Origin: a bacterium
GTDB taxonomy: Bacteria > Patescibacteriota > Dojkabacteria > JAKAPS01
DNA: 64,000 bases
Reading direction: 5' to 3'
Assembly: GCA_021806925.1 (NCBI GenBank)
Contig: JAKAPS010000005.1
Coordinates: forward strand, 80-64,079
Shown here: in pieces, positions 8,445 through 17,797 of the stretch
Position numbering within the stretch: position 1 is the first letter of the stretch
Layout of the letters: each line of letters begins with the position of its first letter
The notes under the pieces: model-generated
What the model was told of the DNA's origin: nothing
The model's input: only the letters and a program-made list of their open reading frames with translations
The model's database searches: none
Translations under genes and position numbers: made by a program

Positions 8445-9149
8445 ATGAGAATAGCAGTTATTGCAGATTCACATGCCAATGTAATTGCCCTTGAAAAAGT
8501 TCTTTCTGAAATAAAAACAAAAGGTTATGATATGGTTTACCATTTAGGTGACAGCATTAACCTCGGTCCATTTCCCAAAGAAACTGTTGAAATGCTTTTA
8601 GATTTCCCTAACATGAATTTCATTCTGGGAGACCATGATATGCGTTATTTAAATGATTTAGAAGGGTTTATTCCAAAAGTTGAAGGAGCAGTAGAACATT
8701 ATAATTGGAGTCACTCTATGTTAACTCCTATGCTTAAAGATAGAATAAATCAGTGGCCATTTGTACAACATAAGCAATTCAATAACCTTAATATTTCATT
8801 TGTCCATTATGGGTTAAATGAAGAAGAAAATGATTTTTTACCAATTGTTTATGAACCTAAAATAGAAAACTTAGATAGTTATTTTGATAAGTACAAAAGT
8901 GATTTAGTTTTTTATGGACATACCCATAAAATACAAAATGCCTTTGGACATAAACATTATTTAAATCCCGGTGCGGTAGGTGTGAATAATAAAGCACATA
9001 TTCCGTATCTATTATTAGATATTCAGGATGATGGAACATACCAAGTAACACAGTATCAAATCCCCTATAATATTGAACCAGTGCTAAAAGCATTTCATGA
9101 CAGGAATGTCCCAAATAGGGAACAAATAATTAACATATTTTATCAATAA
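8445..9149 (+). CDS. Calcineurin-like metallophosphoesterase (YfcE-like), last cassette
   Basis: DSHAN, LGD, GDHD, GHTH, NPG motifs. Confidence 0.92.
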   Translation: MRIAVIADSHANVIALEKVLSEIKTKGYDMVYHLGDSINLGPFPKETVEMLLDFPNMNFILGDHDMRYLNDLEGFIPKVEGAVEHYNWSHSMLTPMLKDRINQWPFVQHKQFNNLNISFVHYGLNEEENDFLPIVYEPKIENLDSYFDKYKSDLVFYGHTHKIQNAFGHKHYLNPGAVGVNNKAHIPYLLLDIQDDGTYQVTQYQIPYNIEPVLKAFHDRNVPNREQIINIFYQ

Positions 9150-9157
9150 ACATTTCT

Positions 9158-9194
9158 TCTCTCAAAAAAGTGTGAACTTCACACATGGTTCCCA
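9158..9194 (+). repeat. Terminal right-end half site J6 (distal island boundary)
   Basis: TCTCTCAAAAAAGTGTGAACTTCACACATGGTTCCCA followed by unrelated sequence with no inverted arm. Confidence 0.9.
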
Positions 9195-9299
9195 TTCATT
9201 AGACATTATTGATAATATATATAAACTAATTCCTCTTTTGAATTTATATATACGCAATATGTATACAAATGTATAAATTTATGTATATAATCAAAGTAA

Positions 9300-10157
9300 A
9301 TGATACTTTTTTACACTCAAATAAACAACTCGATTATTTCTAATTTCAAGCAAAGCAATAACATCAATGTAACAACTAGTAAGTTAATACAACCTACAAC
9401 ATTAACATATATTAATGGAGTTGACTGCACAAAAGGTGACTATATAGTAGCATTATCTAAAACAATAGATACAACAACATCTACATATACATTTGATAAA
9501 TATTCAACATCGTCAGAATATAACACTTTATTTGTTGACTATTTAACAAGTTTAGGCATATTTGATAAAAGTGTGATTACTCAGAATAATTCTTCACTTA
9601 ACGACGTTGCATGTAATACAGAGTTAGCTATGAATATATACTCTTCAAGTAACCAAACTACATTTTCACAAAATAGGATTGATTTACTGAACACCCTATA
9701 TAACATAACAGGTACACTGCTAAAAAATAACAATGTATCATCTGTAAGCAACTTTGAATTTTCATTGTTAAACTATATCTTCTCATACCCTGATAACAAG
9801 TTCACAGTTGATGAAGCGGTTACTATTGCAATGAAGAAATACAATATAACTGCAGATCAAAACACCTCTACCGTTATATCCAGTTTTGCATATACATTTG
9901 AAACAGATGAAATGAATTTTGATAATTCATTCAGATATATTGAATTAATAAATAATAGTAAATCAATTTTAGTATTGTCATCAGAGTTGCAATCGACTCC
10001 AAAATCATACTCATACTCAAATCCCAATATATTAAAACTACTTCTACTTATATTTGTCATTTTAATATCTTTCGGGTATATATATAAAAGAATTTTTTCA
10101 TCAAAAATAAGAAAAAGTTCTAACAAAGTAAAAAATATAAACAATGATAAAACATAA
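9300..10157 (+). CDS. Hypothetical exported protein with C-terminal TM anchor
   Basis: 285-aa N/S/T-rich ORF; C-terminal hydrophobic helix and basic tail. Confidence 0.65.
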   Translation: MILFYTQINNSIISNFKQSNNINVTTSKLIQPTTLTYINGVDCTKGDYIVALSKTIDTTTSTYTFDKYSTSSEYNTLFVDYLTSLGIFDKSVITQNNSSLNDVACNTELAMNIYSSSNQTTFSQNRIDLLNTLYNITGTLLKNNNVSSVSNFEFSLLNYIFSYPDNKFTVDEAVTIAMKKYNITADQNTSTVISSFAYTFETDEMNFDNSFRYIELINNSKSILVLSSELQSTPKSYSYSNPNILKLLLLIFVILISFGYIYKRIFSSKIRKSSNKVKNINNDKT

Positions 10158-11100
10158 AACTGTAATAATTGGTTCTGGTCCAGCTGGTCTTACTGCTGGA
10201 ATATATCTAAAAAGAGCGAATTTGGATCCATTCATATACGGAGGCTATGAATATGGTGGGCAACTTCAAAAGACAACATTAGTTGAGAATTTTCCAGGTT
10301 TCCCTGATGGAATAGAAGGGCCAACATTAATGGAAAATATGATTAAACAAGTTAAGAATCTTTCTATTCCAATAGAGTTTGAAGACGCATTATCTATAGA
10401 AAAGGATGAAGATAATGGAGAATTTTTAGTATCATCAAAAGAACGATCTGTATCGACAGATAATGTTGTGCTTGCACTTGGATCAAATCCAAGGAAATTA
10501 TCTATTCCACTTGAAGAAAAATTATCTGGCAGGGGAGTATCATATTGCGCTACATGTGATGGTTTTTTCTACAAAGGAAAAACTGTTGCTGTTATTGGAG
10601 GAGGGGATAGTGCTTTTGAAGAAGCTCTCTACCTATCAAAGATAGCAAGTAAAGTATATTTAATACATAGAAGGGATTCATTTAAAGCATCAAATATAAT
10701 GATTGAAAGAGCAAAACAGAATTCTAATATTGAAATAATCACTAATTCAGAAGTACAAGAACTTATAGAAAGCAATAATGTTCTTGAGAGTATTGTATTA
10801 AGAAATACAAATCCTAGTGAAGATAGGAAAAGAATTGTTCTACAAGGATTGTTTGTTGCAATAGGGCATACACCAAATACATCCCTTTTTAGTAATATAA
10901 AGATTAAGGGAAAGGGTGAAGTAAAATTGATTGATGAAAATGGATACATACAAGTCAATGAATTTCTTGAAACAAATGTAAAAGGAATCTATTCGGCAGG
11001 TGATTGTGATGATCATATATATAGACAAGCGGTTGTAGCTGCAGCTGAAGGCTGTAAATGTGCAATAATGATTGAAAGACAAAGCACATATAACTCTTAG
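10144..11100 (+). CDS. trxB: Thioredoxin-disulfide reductase
   Basis: GSGPAG, CATCDG, GGGDSA, AAGD-like SAGD motifs. Confidence 0.97.
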   Translation: MIKHKTVIIGSGPAGLTAGIYLKRANLDPFIYGGYEYGGQLQKTTLVENFPGFPDGIEGPTLMENMIKQVKNLSIPIEFEDALSIEKDEDNGEFLVSSKERSVSTDNVVLALGSNPRKLSIPLEEKLSGRGVSYCATCDGFFYKGKTVAVIGGGDSAFEEALYLSKIASKVYLIHRRDSFKASNIMIERAKQNSNIEIITNSEVQELIESNNVLESIVLRNTNPSEDRKRIVLQGLFVAIGHTPNTSLFSNIKIKGKGEVKLIDENGYIQVNEFLETNVKGIYSAGDCDDHIYRQAVVAAAEGCKCAIMIERQSTYNS

Positions 11101-11138
11101 AACACATTTTAATACATTAAATATATGAATATGAATTT

Positions 11139-14054
11139 ATGCTAAATAAAGCACAAGAAGAAACGATTAAAGCAGAAGATAGTAGAATTCTTGTGGTTGC
11201 TGGTGCTGGAACTGGAAAGACACATCTTTTAATTCAAAAGATTAAACATTTAATAGAAGAAAAAAATATATTACCAGAACATATACTTGGTATAACATTT
11301 ACAGAAAAAGCTGCTAATGAAATTATTTCAAGATTAGAGGCAGAATTAGGTTATAGATCTTTAAATGTAGAACTAAAGACATTTCACAAATTTGCTCTTG
11401 ATATATTAGGTGAATATGGAGAAATCATAGGACTACAGAAAGATTTCAAAGTCCTTGAAAATATCAATGAACTTAACTTTATGCAATCTAATATATTCAA
11501 ATTGCATTTAAATAAATTATTGCCTTTACAAAATCCATATAAATTTACTCAAAGTCTTATTGATTTCTTTTCAAGGTTAAATGATGATTTAATCACTCCT
11601 GAATACTTTAAAGAGCTAATTACTAGAAAAGCATATTCTCCTAAAGAGGTAGATGATAACTATAAAGAGATTTTTCTTGAAATATATAGTGCATTCAAGG
11701 AATATTCTACATTAAAAATACAAAATGGATTTGTTTCAATCTACGATTTGATTCCATACATGTATAGACTATTAAAAGAGAATCCGTATATATTATCAAA
11801 AGTAAACTCACACTTTAAATATATTCTTGTTGATGAATTTCAGGATACTAACGTAGCACAATATATGGTACTTAAGTTATTAGATCCTAAGCAATTAATT
11901 CTAGTAGGTGATGATGACCAATCAATATATAGGTTTCGTGGAGCAGACTACAAGAATATTCTTGAAGTTAATAATGATTTTAAGAATGTTAAAAACATTG
12001 TTCTACACGAAAACTACAGATCTAATCAGGATATATTAGATATAGGATATGCTTTGCTTCAATTCAACAATCCTAATAGACTTGAATATACGCTAAAAAT
12101 AGATAAAAAGCTTATAGCAAAAAAGAATAATAATACAAAGAATGGGAATATTGAATATGTAGAGTTCAATTACTATTTTGAACAATATGAATATATTGCG
12201 CATAGGCTAAATGAATTGAAAAATACTGGCAAGTACAGTAATTTCGCGATTCTACTAAGAAGTTCAACAAGATCAGTTGAAATAGCAAAAATATTGAAAA
12301 ACAATGGAATAAAATTTACAAACTCATTCGATAGTGGTCTATTAGAAGATGAAGAAATCAAATTACTTTTATCATTTTTAAAAGCAGTTAATGACTTTAC
12401 AGATGATTTATCTTTGTTTAATACTCTGAAATCAAGAATATATAATATTAACTATATTGGATTAAAGAATATTTCAATTAATGCTAGAAGAAATAACAAA
12501 ACAATATATGAATATATTAAAAATAGCTTAGAAAAAGATTATCAATCCATTATAGGAGAGCGTGAATATACCTCTATACAAAATGCTATTGATAATATTG
12601 ATAAATATAGAGCAATGGATAAAGAGAATAATGCAGGTGAGATTTTAAATTCATTCATTCATGAAACTAAATTTTTAGAGACTATTGAAAATGTTGAATC
12701 TATTGAAAGTGTTACCAAGCTATTTTCAAAAATTGATAAGTATTTTAAAACTAACAATAACAGATCTCTTGAGGATATTATTAACTATTTTAACATTGCA
12801 GAAGAATCTGGTAAATCAGATGACCAGGATATATTTGACTTATCTCAAATGAGTGATGTTAATATTTTAAGTATACATAAAGCTAAAGGTATGGAGTTTG
12901 ATGTTGTATTTCTTCCTGATTTAACTGACAAGATATTTCCGCTATATCAAAATTCATCGAACATGTTCTCATTCTTTGATGATAATGAAACAATGGAAAA
13001 TTTGCTCGAAGAAAGAAGGCTAATGTATGTGGCCATTACTCGAGCAAAAGAAAAGCTATATATTCAAAGTGCTAAAAACTACTATTCTTCAGTCCTGAGA
13101 AAACCTTCAAGATTCTTGTACGAGATGGGAATTATTAATAGTAGTACCAACAGCAATTTAGAGGAAAATATAGATGATACTTCACATAAAGAGAGAAATA
13201 TTGATTCAAAAATTGATACCAATGGAAAAGGTATCACTAATTATATAGCTCCACATACGGTGGAAAGAAATAGTAACGAAGAGGACAATAAACAAATTAT
13301 TGAAATCAATTCTTCTGATATCGATGACTTTATAGAATGTAAGTATAGGTATTTTCTTAGCTCAACATATGGAGTAACAAAAAAAACGTACAATTTGAAT
13401 TTTGGGTCTACTATTCATGAACTTATTGCGGAATATTTTTCACGATTTAAGAATAAATCAGAACAAAATGGGTTCAGCAACGAACAGAGTAAAGAAGAAT
13501 ACATAAATCAATTATTGGACAAATTTGAAAAGAATTTCTCTTCTTTCGGATTCAAATCAGTTGAACATGAGAACCTCTACTACAATTTAGGAATAAAAAT
13601 CATTAATAATTTAGGTAAATTTGATAATATTGTCAATGATATTGACAATATACTAATAGAATATCCTCTGAAAACAAAAGTATTTGATAAGTTTCTAATT
13701 CACACACGATTTGATTTGGTAAATACAAAATCAAATGATATATATGAGTTTAAAACTACAATTGTCGAGAACGAGGAGGAGGCCATGGATAGATTTGATA
13801 AAAGCTATCAATTACGTATTTTTGCATACTGCTACAATAAAGTATATGGCATTAACCCAACGATTCATCTATATTTTCCAAGCAATGGAGTAATCTGCTC
13901 AAAACAATTCTCAAAAACAATACTTAATAATACAGAGAAAAAGCTTGATGAGATATATTTGCAACTTCTTGAAAAAAACTTCCAGCCTACAAGCGGAGAA
14001 TATTCGTGTAGATATTGTAATCTAAAGGATATGTGCAAATATAAGTTTAACTAA
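11139..14054 (+). CDS. UvrD/PcrA-family helicase fused to a C-terminal PD-(D/E)XK nuclease with a Cys cluster
   Basis: AGAGTGKT, TFTEKAA, VDEFQD, GDDDQSIY, HKAKGMEF, EERRLMYVAITRAK; C-terminal EC...RFDL...EFKT...CRYC-x5-C. Confidence 0.9.
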   Translation: MLNKAQEETIKAEDSRILVVAGAGTGKTHLLIQKIKHLIEEKNILPEHILGITFTEKAANEIISRLEAELGYRSLNVELKTFHKFALDILGEYGEIIGLQKDFKVLENINELNFMQSNIFKLHLNKLLPLQNPYKFTQSLIDFFSRLNDDLITPEYFKELITRKAYSPKEVDDNYKEIFLEIYSAFKEYSTLKIQNGFVSIYDLIPYMYRLLKENPYILSKVNSHFKYILVDEFQDTNVAQYMVLKLLDPKQLILVGDDDQSIYRFRGADYKNILEVNNDFKNVKNIVLHENYRSNQDILDIGYALLQFNNPNRLEYTLKIDKKLIAKKNNNTKNGNIEYVEFNYYFEQYEYIAHRLNELKNTGKYSNFAILLRSSTRSVEIAKILKNNGIKFTNSFDSGLLEDEEIKLLLSFLKAVNDFTDDLSLFNTLKSRIYNINYIGLKNISINARRNNKTIYEYIKNSLEKDYQSIIGEREYTSIQNAIDNIDKYRAMDKENNAGEILNSFIHETKFLETIENVESIESVTKLFSKIDKYFKTNNNRSLEDIINYFNIAEESGKSDDQDIFDLSQMSDVNILSIHKAKGMEFDVVFLPDLTDKIFPLYQNSSNMFSFFDDNETMENLLEERRLMYVAITRAKEKLYIQSAKNYYSSVLRKPSRFLYEMGIINSSTNSNLEENIDDTSHKERNIDSKIDTNGKGITNYIAPHTVERNSNEEDNKQIIEINSSDIDDFIECKYRYFLSSTYGVTKKTYNLNFGSTIHELIAEYFSRFKNKSEQNGFSNEQSKEEYINQLLDKFEKNFSSFGFKSVEHENLYYNLGIKIINNLGKFDNIVNDIDNILIEYPLKTKVFDKFLIHTRFDLVNTKSNDIYEFKTTIVENEEEAMDRFDKSYQLRIFAYCYNKVYGINPTIHLYFPSNGVICSKQFSKTILNNTEKKLDEIYLQLLEKNFQPTSGEYSCRYCNLKDMCKYKFN

Positions 14055-14506
14055 TCTTGAGAAATATTTACTGCCTTTGTTCTCTGCATATCTATTACAT
14101 CAGCAAGAAATTCCCTTATCTTGGATGCATCTCTCTTTGATATCTTCTCAATTGTAACCTCTGATTGATCAGAATGAACAATAACGACAGTTGCTCCAAT
14201 TATATGTTGAATCACCTTAACAGAATCCATTAGCCTTATTCCTATTTCATCAACATCAGTGAATAGTCCCCATAATTTTTTTGTAACAACCTTAGCCTTC
14301 TTTGCACCAACGCAATAAGAAATAGGGTTTATAGGTGTTAATATAAACAATGAATTTGCATTTACAATATTGTCATCAATATTATCAATAACATATAAAA
14401 CATCTTTTTCCTGGAATCCTTTTGAAACTAAAGCAGATACTATGTCTGCTTCAGCTATATCTTTACCTATGAGTTTAAGCACTTGACTAACTATTTGTCT
14501 ATCCAT
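14051..14506 (-). CDS. Hypothetical protein (possible bacterial PH-like domain)
   Basis: 151-aa ORF with ATG start, convergent with the helicase gene. Confidence 0.6.
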   Translation of the reverse strand: MDRQIVSQVLKLIGKDIAEADIVSALVSKGFQEKDVLYVIDNIDDNIVNANSLFILTPINPISYCVGAKKAKVVTKKLWGLFTDVDEIGIRLMDSVKVIQHIIGATVVIVHSDQSEVTIEKISKRDASKIREFLADVIDMQRTKAVNISQD

Positions 14507-14701
14507 AAATTTCTATTGCTGATAATACATGAATATATATAATATATCAAGATTTATAAAAATCTTTCTTTTCCCATTTCAAAGAAGAATTTTGTAATCC
14601 AATGTTGGGTTACCAGGAAATCGCATGCTGTATAAATTCGATATTAATGACCAACACTCTCACCTTAGATTTAAGGTATTAACTTTTATAAGAATAAAAT
14701 C

Positions 14702-15350
14702 TTAAAGATTACTACTTTGCAGCTTTTTGATAATTTCTTGCCATGTATCTTCTATAGATCCATCATTGTTAATAATATGTATTTCAATACCGTTCTTTGA
14801 CTGAATATCAACAATCTCCTTGTATGTTTTTCTAAGCTTCTCTTGAATACTAACATTTAATTCATCTTTTTTTAATGTATGTTTTCTGGTCATATAAAAT
14901 ATAACTGGGTTTGGAATATTTCTCCAAAACATCACTTCTACCTGACAAATAGCTAAAGCTGTCTTCTTATCCATGTTTAACCTACCATATGCATAAGTAC
15001 TCCACCAATATCTATCCAATATTACATATCCATTACTTTTACCATCAAAGGTCGGCCTTATAACTTTATCTATACACTCTATTTGTGCTGACATATGTAG
15101 AAATTGCAAAGATGCAGGTGATATATCATATATATTTGGTTGCCCATCTAGTTTGTTATGTATCATTCTATATATATATATATTCTCCAAATGTATTTGG
15201 TTTATTACCTGGAAATGCCTCATATGCTATATTTGCAGATTCTGAAAGTATGTTTTTATAGTATTCGTAAAGCATATGTGAATAGGTTGATTTTCCTGAG
15301 CCATCAAAACCTTCAAACACTACAAACTTTAGTAATTTTATTTTATTCAT
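14702..15350 (-). pseudogene. tmk: Thymidylate kinase-like gene split by a frameshift in a (TA)7 tract
   Basis: FEGFDGSGKST P-loop in 15168-15350; ILDRYWWSTYAY in the next frame; break at 15169-15182. Confidence 0.85.
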
Positions 15351-15526
15351 TATTTTATATCGTTATAATACATATATATATTCGATTCTGAAGTAAAATA
15401 CCAGTCTGTATCGAATATGTATCGCTTTTTAATATCCTATTAATCCATTAATCAATTAAAGAACATATTTAATATATCAAAAAAAAACATAAAAATAAAA
15501 GACAAGATGTTGTAAATAGTTGTATA

Positions 15527-15555
15527 TTGACAACACAACCATGTTTTGATATCCT
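15527..15555 (+). promoter_or_regulatory. Sigma70-type promoter of the infC operon
   Basis: TTGACA-N17-TATCCT with extended TG. Confidence 0.65.
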
Positions 15556-15569
15556 AACAATACAGTTAA

Positions 15570-16160
15570 ATTACTTTGTATAATAAGAATTATAGATATA
15601 AAAGGGAAAGGTTTGAGGATAAATACAGGACAAATGGACAAATCCCACCGATTAATTTACGAGTTATAGGTTCAGATGGTAGCCAGATAGGCATATTGCA
15701 TAGAAACGAAGCTCTTAGACTTGCAACAGAGCAGGGTCTTGATTTAATAGAGATTTCAGCTAAGGTACAACCTCCAATTGTAAAAATAATGGATTTTTCA
15801 AAATTCAAGTTTGAAACATTAAAAAAAGAAAAGATATCAAAAAGGAACAATAAACAAAAAGAAGCTAAGGAAATGAGGTTTAAACCTCTAATAGGGGAAA
15901 ATGATTTAAATCACAAAGTATCAAGAATAATTGAATTCTTAGGAGATAAAAGGAATGTAAAAATAACTATTCTATTAGGCAGAAAAAGCTTACCTGAAAA
16001 AGCAAAGCTTCTAATGAGTAAGATACTTGAAAAATTAAGTGAATACTGTATAATAGAGGGCGAGGTTTCTTATGAAGCAAGAAGAGTCATTTGTTTTGTA
16101 AGACCATCAAAAGTTGTACCAAAACAAAATGAAAATAAGAACAAAAAAAACACTGAGTAA
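15570..16160 (+). CDS. infC: Translation initiation factor IF-3 (probable ATT start)
   Basis: LRVIG..G.QIG, LDLIEIS..PPIVKIMDFSKFKFE, KEMRF motifs; in-frame ATT at 15570 directly after a TAA. Confidence 0.93.
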   Translation: MTLYNKNYRYKRERFEDKYRTNGQIPPINLRVIGSDGSQIGILHRNEALRLATEQGLDLIEISAKVQPPIVKIMDFSKFKFETLKKEKISKRNNKQKEAKEMRFKPLIGENDLNHKVSRIIEFLGDKRNVKITILLGRKSLPEKAKLLMSKILEKLSEYCIIEGEVSYEARRVICFVRPSKVVPKQNENKNKKNTE

Positions 16161-16335
16161 AAGATTTAAACTCTCACATCCTAAGAGAGGAATAAGTAAA
16201 CTTGTATTTACATCTCCAGGATTTGCACATGGGTTTACAAAAAGAAGAGTAACAAGAAATATCCGAGGTAAAAACAGTAAAACTCTTTCCAGTCACGTAC
16301 AAAGTAAAGAGTTATTAAAATACGTAAAAAATTAA
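16129..16335 (+). CDS. rpmI: 50S ribosomal protein L35
   Basis: MKIRTKKTLSKRFK; located between infC and rplT. Confidence 0.85.
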   Translation: MKIRTKKTLSKRFKLSHPKRGISKLVFTSPGFAHGFTKRRVTRNIRGKNSKTLSSHVQSKELLKYVKN

Positions 16336-16345
16336 AATATAATTT

Positions 16346-16711
16346 ATGAGAACTAAAACAGGTGTCGTAAGAAGACATTCACATAAAAAGATTCTAAAAT
16401 CTACAAAGGGATATAGGTTATCTAGAAATCACTTAATAAAAACAGCAAAAGATGCATTCTTACATGCTGGTCAATATGCATTCAATGGAAGAAGAAAGAA
16501 GAAAGGTGCTTTCAGAAATATATGGACTTTGAGATTAAATGCAGCTTTGAGGCAGAATGGAATAAATTATTCAAAATTTATTCATTTGCTTGACACAAAA
16601 AATATCAAATTAAACCGTAAGGTTCTTTCTACTATTGCGTTTGAGGATTCCAACATTTTTGCTGAAATAGTAAATAATATTGTGAATATAAAGACAAAGA
16701 AGAATGAATAG
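16346..16711 (+). CDS. rplT: 50S ribosomal protein L20
   Basis: MRTKTGVVRR...KGY...FRNIWTLRLNAALR...LNRKVLS. Confidence 0.97.
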   Translation: MRTKTGVVRRHSHKKILKSTKGYRLSRNHLIKTAKDAFLHAGQYAFNGRRKKKGAFRNIWTLRLNAALRQNGINYSKFIHLLDTKNIKLNRKVLSTIAFEDSNIFAEIVNNIVNIKTKKNE

Positions 16712-17795
16712 TAAGAATAAGAATATTTTTGATTATAGCAAAATAAAATCAGCTAAAGATTTAGAAGAAATTGTTAGTAGTATATTTTGTTCTGAGGATT
16801 TAGATAAAGAGCAGAAAAAATATAAAATACTAGGTAGAAATGGTTTAATTCAAGAATTCTTTGATAATTTCTCATATATTCAAAATATATTGAATATAGA
16901 AAGATCCGATCTAGGAATAATTTTGAATAGAATTAAAAGTGAATATACAGAAAAATTAAAAGATGAAATACAAGACACTAGGAACAACACCAATAATACA
17001 TTTGACCCAACTCTGGAATACAAGAATCAACTAATTGGTGGCAAGCACCCCTTAAGTGTAGAGGTTAGTAAAATAAATGAAATAATGATTTCACTAGGGT
17101 TTAGTGAAGAAGAATATCCTACACTTGTAACTGATTTTGAGAATTTTGAATCTATTAATATACCTAAGGAGCATCCTGCAAGAGATATGTGGGACACATT
17201 TTGGATTGATGAAAAACATCTTTTAAAAACACAAACTACTGCGTTTCAAAATAGTATATTATCAAGAGAGTTAAAAAAAGGAAACGATTTTAAGCCTATA
17301 AGGGCATTCACTACTGATGTATGCTTAAGAAATGAAGCAACAGATACAAGGCATGAAATATGTTTCTATCAGACTGAAGCACTTTACGTAGAACATAATA
17401 ACTCTGTTAATATGGTTATTCTATTAAATTTGATTAGAAGCGTTTTCAGCCTGTATTTTGATAATTCAAATATAAAGGTTAAGACTAGACCTGCATTTTT
17501 CCCTTTTGTTGAACCTGGAATTGAGGTGGCGTGTGAATGTATATTCTGTGGTGGAAAAGGATGTAATACATGTTCACAATCAGGTTGGATTGAAATGGGC
17601 GGAGCAGGACTTGTTCATAGAAACGTCTTTATGAACGCTGACGAATCACTTAAGGATAAATATAGCGAATACTCTGGACTTGCGTTTGGGTTTGGCTTTG
17701 ATAGAATGGTTCTTCTAAAGAATAAAATTAATGATATCAGGTACTTCAGAAATAAAGATATTAATATTGATCTATTTAAAAATACGGTTAAATAA
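16704..17795 (+). CDS. pheS: Phenylalanine--tRNA ligase alpha subunit
   Basis: HPARDMWDTF, FFPFVEPG, GWIEMGGAG, GLAFGFG motifs. Confidence 0.96.
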   Translation: MNSKNKNIFDYSKIKSAKDLEEIVSSIFCSEDLDKEQKKYKILGRNGLIQEFFDNFSYIQNILNIERSDLGIILNRIKSEYTEKLKDEIQDTRNNTNNTFDPTLEYKNQLIGGKHPLSVEVSKINEIMISLGFSEEEYPTLVTDFENFESINIPKEHPARDMWDTFWIDEKHLLKTQTTAFQNSILSRELKKGNDFKPIRAFTTDVCLRNEATDTRHEICFYQTEALYVEHNNSVNMVILLNLIRSVFSLYFDNSNIKVKTRPAFFPFVEPGIEVACECIFCGGKGCNTCSQSGWIEMGGAGLVHRNVFMNADESLKDKYSEYSGLAFGFGFDRMVLLKNKINDIRYFRNKDINIDLFKNTVK

Positions 17796-17797
17796 TT

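Larger units (their letters stand above)
2119..9194 (+). mobile_element. tRNA-Val-anchored tandem gene-cassette array (integron-like island, no recombinase in window)
   Basis: Six copies of AAAGTGTGAACTTCA(C/A)ACATGGTT(CCCA) separate co-oriented accessory genes; a half-site lies at each end of the island. Confidence 0.8.

Noticed and set aside
3813-9194. Junction repeats as a CRISPR array
   Set aside because: Intervals are 0.6-2.3 kb and contain whole genes; no cas genes in the window
3813-9194. Junction repeats as classical attC or XerCD dif/pdif sites
   Set aside because: No RYYYAAC...GTTRRRY polarity and no intI; no convincing 11-6-11 XerC/XerD consensus, and internal copies are all in direct rather than alternating orientation
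3813-9194. Junction repeats as simple intrinsic terminators or CRP-like (TGTGA..TCACA) operators
   Set aside because: TGTGA-N5-TCACA spacing is not the N6 of CRP sites, there is no GC stem plus U-tract, and neither idea explains the split half-sites at the tRNA and the distal end; a secondary regulatory role is not excluded
15377-15422. Imperfect inverted repeat ATATTCGATTCTGA...TCTGTATCGAATAT upstream of tmk
   Set aside because: Single AT-rich instance; no function can be assigned
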